DNA of 63,141 bases, filler included. It is 6 parts of 6 records of this genome, joined end to end, with 100 filler letters (N's around TTAATTAATTAA, not from the genome) between each part and the next. Parts side by side here need not be neighbours in the genome. Positions count along the whole stretch, not along the records: positions 55,857 to 63,141 come from SRR31156797_26832; 5 more parts are not named here. The stretch is one strand, 5' to 3'. A program made the position numbers and the translations under genes. The stretch's first letter is position 1; the number at the start of each line of letters is the position of its first letter. Below the pieces are notes generated by a model. It did no database searches, had not been told where the DNA came from, and saw only the letters and a program-made list of their open reading frames with translations. This document shows, in pieces, positions 61,501 to 63,141 of the stretch.

Positions 61501-62915
61501 TAAATTATAAAGCTTATAACTCAGCACAACTTGCTTCAACTGAAATTCCACAATTTCAAAACTCACCTGAAACAGCTTTTGATATTATTATCGTTGATTG
61601 GAAAATGAATGAAATTAACGGCCTTGACTTAATTAAACAAATTGACAATGAAAATCAATATGCAAATAACGCAACAAAAGTTTTAATTACAAGTTATGAC
61701 GTCGAAGAGCTTAAAAACAGCAACCCTGATATAAATATTGATTATTATCTAAAGAAACCTATTACACAAAGTACCCTGTTTAATTTAATATTAAATTTAC
61801 TGGAAAAAAATAAAAATATTATAGCAAAAGATGATATCTTTAAGAAAATGCAACATAAGGAACTTGAATTGATTAGAGGGGCAAATATTCTTCTCGCTGA
61901 AGATAATGAGTTGAATCAAATAATAGTAAAAGAGTTCTTAGAAGCTGAGGAGTTTAACATAATCATAGCCAATAACGGGCGGGAAGTCCTGGATATTCTG
62001 GAGGAGAGATCAGATATTGAGCTTATTCTTATGGATTTACACATGCCTATACTAAATGGTTATGAAACAACTGAAAAAGTCCGTAATCAAAAAGTATACA
62101 GCGATATCCCGATAGTTGCATTAACTGCAGATGCCATAGAGGGAGTTCACGAAAATGTTCTGCAAGGTAATATGAATGATTATATTACCAAACCTATTGA
62201 TTATATGATTCTGATAAATACTCTAATCAAATGGCTAAAGCCTAATCAAAAGAGTTTAACTAATTCTAAAATAACAGAAAAGATAAATGATAAATCTAAA
62301 GATGATTTTCCTATTCTTTATGGAATAGACACAGATGATGCACTTGCCAGAATATGGAATAATATAGAATTATTTACCAAACTACTTACAAAGTACTATT
62401 GGAACAACAGAGATACTATAGAAAATATTATGGAATATATCGCGACAAGCCAAAATCAAAGTGCTCTTGAAGCACTACATGCCTTCAAAGGAGTCACTGC
62501 TAATATCGGTGGAAAGAAACTATATTCATTAATAGAGGAAACAGAAAAAATGATCAAAACCGAGCACCCAATTACCGTTATTATCAAACAGATTAAAAAA
62601 ATACAGTTTGAATTTGATTTGATTTCCGAATCAATTCACAATAATTTAATAAAATGTGATATAAGATTGGAAACTACTTCTTTAAACACTAACTCTGAGC
62701 ATCTACAGGATATATTGATAAATTTTGAAAATACCTTAGAGGAATCAGATATAAAATCAAGAGAATATTTTGAATTAATATGCTCAAATTTAAAAGATAA
62801 AAAATATACGAGAACTTTAAATAAAATTGACAGTTTCTTAAACTTATATAACTTTGATGCTTCTTTAGAAGAGTTTGGTAAACTTAAAAATATGATTAGT
62901 GGTAAATACAAATAA
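58506..62915 (+). CDS. Hybrid sensor histidine kinase (SBP, 3x PAS, HisKA, HATPase, 2x REC, HPt)
   Basis: SBP, TM, PAS repeats, [21 protein letters not shown], two receivers, HAFKGVTANIG HPt. Confidence 0.93.
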   Translation: MIKKILLFLVFISVFINLNAEEKKGQNSVLNEKEIQWVKENPEITLGFFKNLEPAVIKNKNGELSGFLIDFKIRLEQLLNLKINIDIDDYENLNSKLQNGEIDGILAASNENIIIDNALKSIPHFKYYFAAFENSFNPQNISSNLDIKDKKVAVMESFIKTNSAVANNIDMKNAILVDSPKEAFLLLMEEKVDLAMLLSFQNYHFAKYNFTGIKISHIDWANKEQAVTYIHKDQEVLLNIINKGIMNISDFELSKINNKWAIPKINANYINSNIFNSTEKNKYNNSNFFYELLFTILSFIISFILLIIYWNKKISIEIRKRRISEQALKKSKKKYRQIIEGISDDFLFYSLDSNGIIKYISASCINVFGYKASELLGKKWSDIFFIENPHIQSKREFTIYSFDNISNSFEARIMHKNGSEKLLEINEKNSFDKKSLSLSIEGVAVDVTERKKIEYDLTKLSQAITQSSSNVIITDKKGVIEYVNSQVIQSEGYLEEQLVGKHISILAPIGKFDTIYQNFQRVIAIHDIWKGEIQNQNKKGLKYWVALSISTIKNKNDEITNYSFIYQNISELKKLTSELEEAKKTLEVSNQELLIYKKFAQSSSQGFRMANLNGTISYMNPSLIDLSGVAIYDDDNLSSLLKFYTPNSQKILANKVLPRIATGKNWSGELEYYLSDHNIINTLEYYYPIADDNSNTIKIATIINDITELKKAEKALKLAQKEAESANESKSMFLANMSHEIRTPMNAIIGLSTLMKKTNLDKTQKDFLEKIEKSSNSLLGIINDILDFSKIEAGKINIEKINFNLSEIIMSIVEMLNHKIYEKDLQLNVKFDKAILENLIGDPLRIRQVILNFLNNSIKFTEKGSIIIKTELVDENNVSQKIKVSIIDTGIGMNDDVKNKLFRSFSQADESTTRKYGGTGLGLSISKNLIELMDGDIGVESELNKGSEFFFELNLNKANSTTKKENIIQKEFKDINIAIVDDSETELELLTRYFDDMQLNYKAYNSAQLASTEIPQFQNSPETAFDIIIVDWKMNEINGLDLIKQIDNENQYANNATKVLITSYDVEELKNSNPDINIDYYLKKPITQSTLFNLILNLLEKNKNIIAKDDIFKKMQHKELELIRGANILLAEDNELNQIIVKEFLEAEEFNIIIANNGREVLDILEERSDIELILMDLHMPILNGYETTEKVRNQKVYSDIPIVALTADAIEGVHENVLQGNMNDYITKPIDYMILINTLIKWLKPNQKSLTNSKITEKINDKSKDDFPILYGIDTDDALARIWNNIELFTKLLTKYYWNNRDTIENIMEYIATSQNQSALEALHAFKGVTANIGGKKLYSLIEETEKMIKTEHPITVIIKQIKKIQFEFDLISESIHNNLIKCDIRLETTSLNTNSEHLQDILINFENTLEESDIKSREYFELICSNLKDKKYTRTLNKIDSFLNLYNFDASLEEFGKLKNMISGKYK

Positions 62916-62932
62916 TAAAGGAGTCGTTTTAA

Positions 62933-63141
62933 TTGAATATAATTTCAAAAAAATCCTCAGTTTTAATAGTAGATGATATTCCCGAAAATATAGATGTTCT
63001 GGCAGCACTTTTGGGAAATAAGTATAATGTCAGAGCGGCAGTAAACAGTAAAAAAGCGCTTGATATATGCTTATCCCAAACTCCACCGGATATTATTTTA
63101 CTTGATATAATGATGCCTGAAATGGATGGTTATGAAGTTTG
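62933..63141 (+). CDS. Response regulator N-terminal receiver (truncated by window end)
   Basis: TTG start after AAGGAG; VLIVDDIPENI...PDIILLDIMMPEMDGYEV. Confidence 0.88.
   Translation, partial: MNIISKKSSVLIVDDIPENIDVLAALLGNKYNVRAAVNSKKALDICLSQTPPDIILLDIMMPEMDGYEV

Overview
The window is a concatenation of six unrelated contigs, joined by 100-bp artificial linkers (44 N + TTAATTAATTAA + 44 N). It is not one genome. Taxonomic labels below are inferred from composition and gene content. Contig 1 (1-9772, Desulfobacterota-like) has a cobalamin riboswitch heading an operon for an exported protein, a NapH-type membrane ferredoxin, a double-cubane-cluster-like reductase and its ATP-dependent activase. 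It also has a PAS sigma-54 activator, a sigma-54 promoter, a receiver protein and a truncated MCP. Contig 2 (9873-19161, Desulfobacterota-like) has mnmA, mtaB, an NhaC-family transporter, a metal-uptake module (Cys-rich RHH regulator, DUF2946-like RPPP uORF, OprC-like TonB receptor with altered metal ligands) and a decayed RAYT transposase. Contig 3 (19262-27175, Bacteroidota) is housekeeping: nrdJ, gltX, glnS, folB and a truncated tRNA-Cys. Contig 4 (27276-45912, low GC) has a WYL regulator, HD-GYP, GNAT, class II photolyase, diguanylate cyclases, guaD, a PfkB kinase and a 2131-aa hybrid kinase. Contig 5 (46013-55756, Bacteroidota) has an orphan RHS fragment, an ECF sigma factor, a TPR anti-sigma candidate and an exported TPR-CHAT protease. 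It also has an unannotated 45-aa double-glycine, Pro/Asp-rich peptide next to a C39 peptidase start. Three genes in this contig share a conserved promoter-like motif. Contig 6 (55857-63141, low GC) has two hybrid sensor kinases and a receiver protein. The best candidates for undescribed systems are the ECF/anti-sigma/CHAT/GG-peptide locus, the RHH-uORF-OprC-like module and the B12-regulated double-cubane operon.
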